Assembly (NCBI RefSeq): GCF_009914755.1
Contig: NC_060925.1
DNA from: the human T2T-CHM13v2.0 reference genome, Homo sapiens
Reading direction: 5' to 3' (one strand)
DNA: 64,000 nt
In this document: positions 62,571 to 64,000 of the stretch, piece by piece
Layout: every line of letters begins with the position of its first letter
How positions within the stretch are numbered: the stretch's first letter is position 1
Translations under genes and position numbers: made by a program
Notes under the pieces: model-generated
What the model was told of the DNA's origin: nothing
The model's database searches: none
What the model saw: the letters and a program-made list of their open reading frames with translations, nothing else

Positions 62571-63829
62571 TCTGCAGTCCCGTGCTCCCCTCCTTTATGC
62601 GGTTTTCCTTTTCCCTTTGAGGAGGGGAGGGAGAGATTCATCACATGCCTGGAATCTCAGCACACTTTGCCTTTCTTAGTTCGGAGTTAATGTATGTTTT
62701 TTTAATTCAGTGTTGGCAAGGCCCAGTCTGGTCATAGCTGGGTTTGTTACCTTGTGGCTCAGGGGCAAGGATGAGAATAGAATTCTGGTACCCACACGGG
62801 CTCCCTAGGCCTGGTGTCAGGAAAGAGCTAATACTAATGGCTCATAATTGCAGAGTGGCAGGCACCTTGGTAGTGCATGGCTCGTGGGAGCTTTCTCAGT
62901 TCTCAGCTACTCCAAGAGGTGGGGTGCATCATTATCTCTGTTTTGCCTCCATTGAACTTGCCCAGGGTTGAGCAACCAAGAGTTAGAAGCACCACATTCT
63001 GCTCGCCCCGGAGTCCTGCCTCTCCACTCTGTGTCTTTCCTTGAGCAGCGCCAACCCTCCCAGGGCCTGGCCCGGCTGTGCCTTTGACAGCCCCTAGCAG
63101 CAGTGCCCATATGCTATGGAAAATGGGGAAGGATAATTGACCACTTGGCCACAGGCCCAGGGTCTGCCCACCTCTTGGTTAGAGCCAGCACTGAGCTCCC
63201 TGCCATGGGGTTCATCTTCCCACTGGCCTGTTGGTTGAGAGGATGGTCTCAGACCAGGCCCCAACACCACCTTCTTGCAGATACATCCCCAGTCCAGGGC
63301 AGTGCAGGTGGTTTGTGATGGTGCCAGCCCATGTTGGCATGTTGGGCCCAAGATGAGGTGGCATTTCTGAGTTTTGGAACCCCTCTTTCTCCTTGAGAGC
63401 CTGGCCCCAGAGTGCCCTCCTCTCTGTAAAAGTCCTGGTTCTAGTCGCTGGCTGATTGGTATGCATCCCAGAATCCCGGCCATTAGCATACAAGGCGGGA
63501 GCCAGCTCTCATTACTCCCCTCTCTTCATTGTTTGAAGTGGGCAGACTTGGAGTGAGCTTTGGAAATGTGGGCTTTTTATTCAATTTCCCTAGAAAAACA
63601 ATGGTTAAATTAAGTAGGAAAATAACAGTCTCCCGAAATTGAAGAAAAATATTCCTGAACCTAGACATTACCCACAACCTTTGAATTTCTTTTAAAACAG
63701 GCATTTGTTTTACTTTAAGTTATACATGTATCGCATGACCACTGAAGAAAACACAGAGAAAATACAGAGAGAAGAAAATGGAAATCATTTTGCCACCTGA
63801 AGACAGCCTCTCTCAATATTGTGGTGCAT

Positions 63830-63970
63830 ATCATTCATGTATTCAGTGATTCATTTACTCATTTGGCAAGTATCTATTTAGGGCCCACAAAGGGAGAGGC
63901 TGTGTTGGGTTCTGGGAGTAGACGCTGGGAGTAGAGGGGTACCCTGCTCCCTGCTGGGGCTCTTTCTATG
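63830..63970 (-). mobile_element. L2 3' fragment
   Basis: tcattcatgtattcagtgattcatttactcatttggcaagtatctattta. Confidence 0.6.
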
Positions 63971-64000
63971 TTGGGCCTTGGGCAACTCACTTGACCCTTC

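Overview
This is primate, almost certainly human, genomic DNA, not microbial. By hand count about 85-90 Alu segments cover roughly 40% of the window. They sit among L2/MIR fragments, a 3' L1PB piece, hAT DNA transposons (MER1, MER20, MER58A, MER103C-like, MER63) and LTRs (MLT1, THE1, LTR26-like, MER34/39-like, and an LTR22A-like solo LTR). No credible protein-coding CDS is present; the ORF track is explained by Alu, L1 and GC-rich artefacts. About 55 kb of apparently intergenic sequence leads to a CpG-island promoter (~55.35-56.5 kb) with a + strand first exon ending at 55944, followed by intron 1. From memory, not a search, this exon resembles the 5' UTR exon of ARHGEF10L. I found no evidence of a new biological system. 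The best observations are: (1) a rare SVA2 retroposon with perfect TSDs; (2) a mosaic segment at 41.5-42.1 kb matching three neighbouring templates, one inverted; (3) several templated fold-back scars; (4) an ultra-truncated young L1 with an apparent 3' transduction; (5) a strong-Kozak uORF whose stop lies in a 10-bp hairpin, followed by three splice donors 4 nt apart; (6) GATA/homeobox clusters and divergently oriented CTCF motifs. Repeat subfamily names are by eye and need Dfam/RepeatMasker confirmation.
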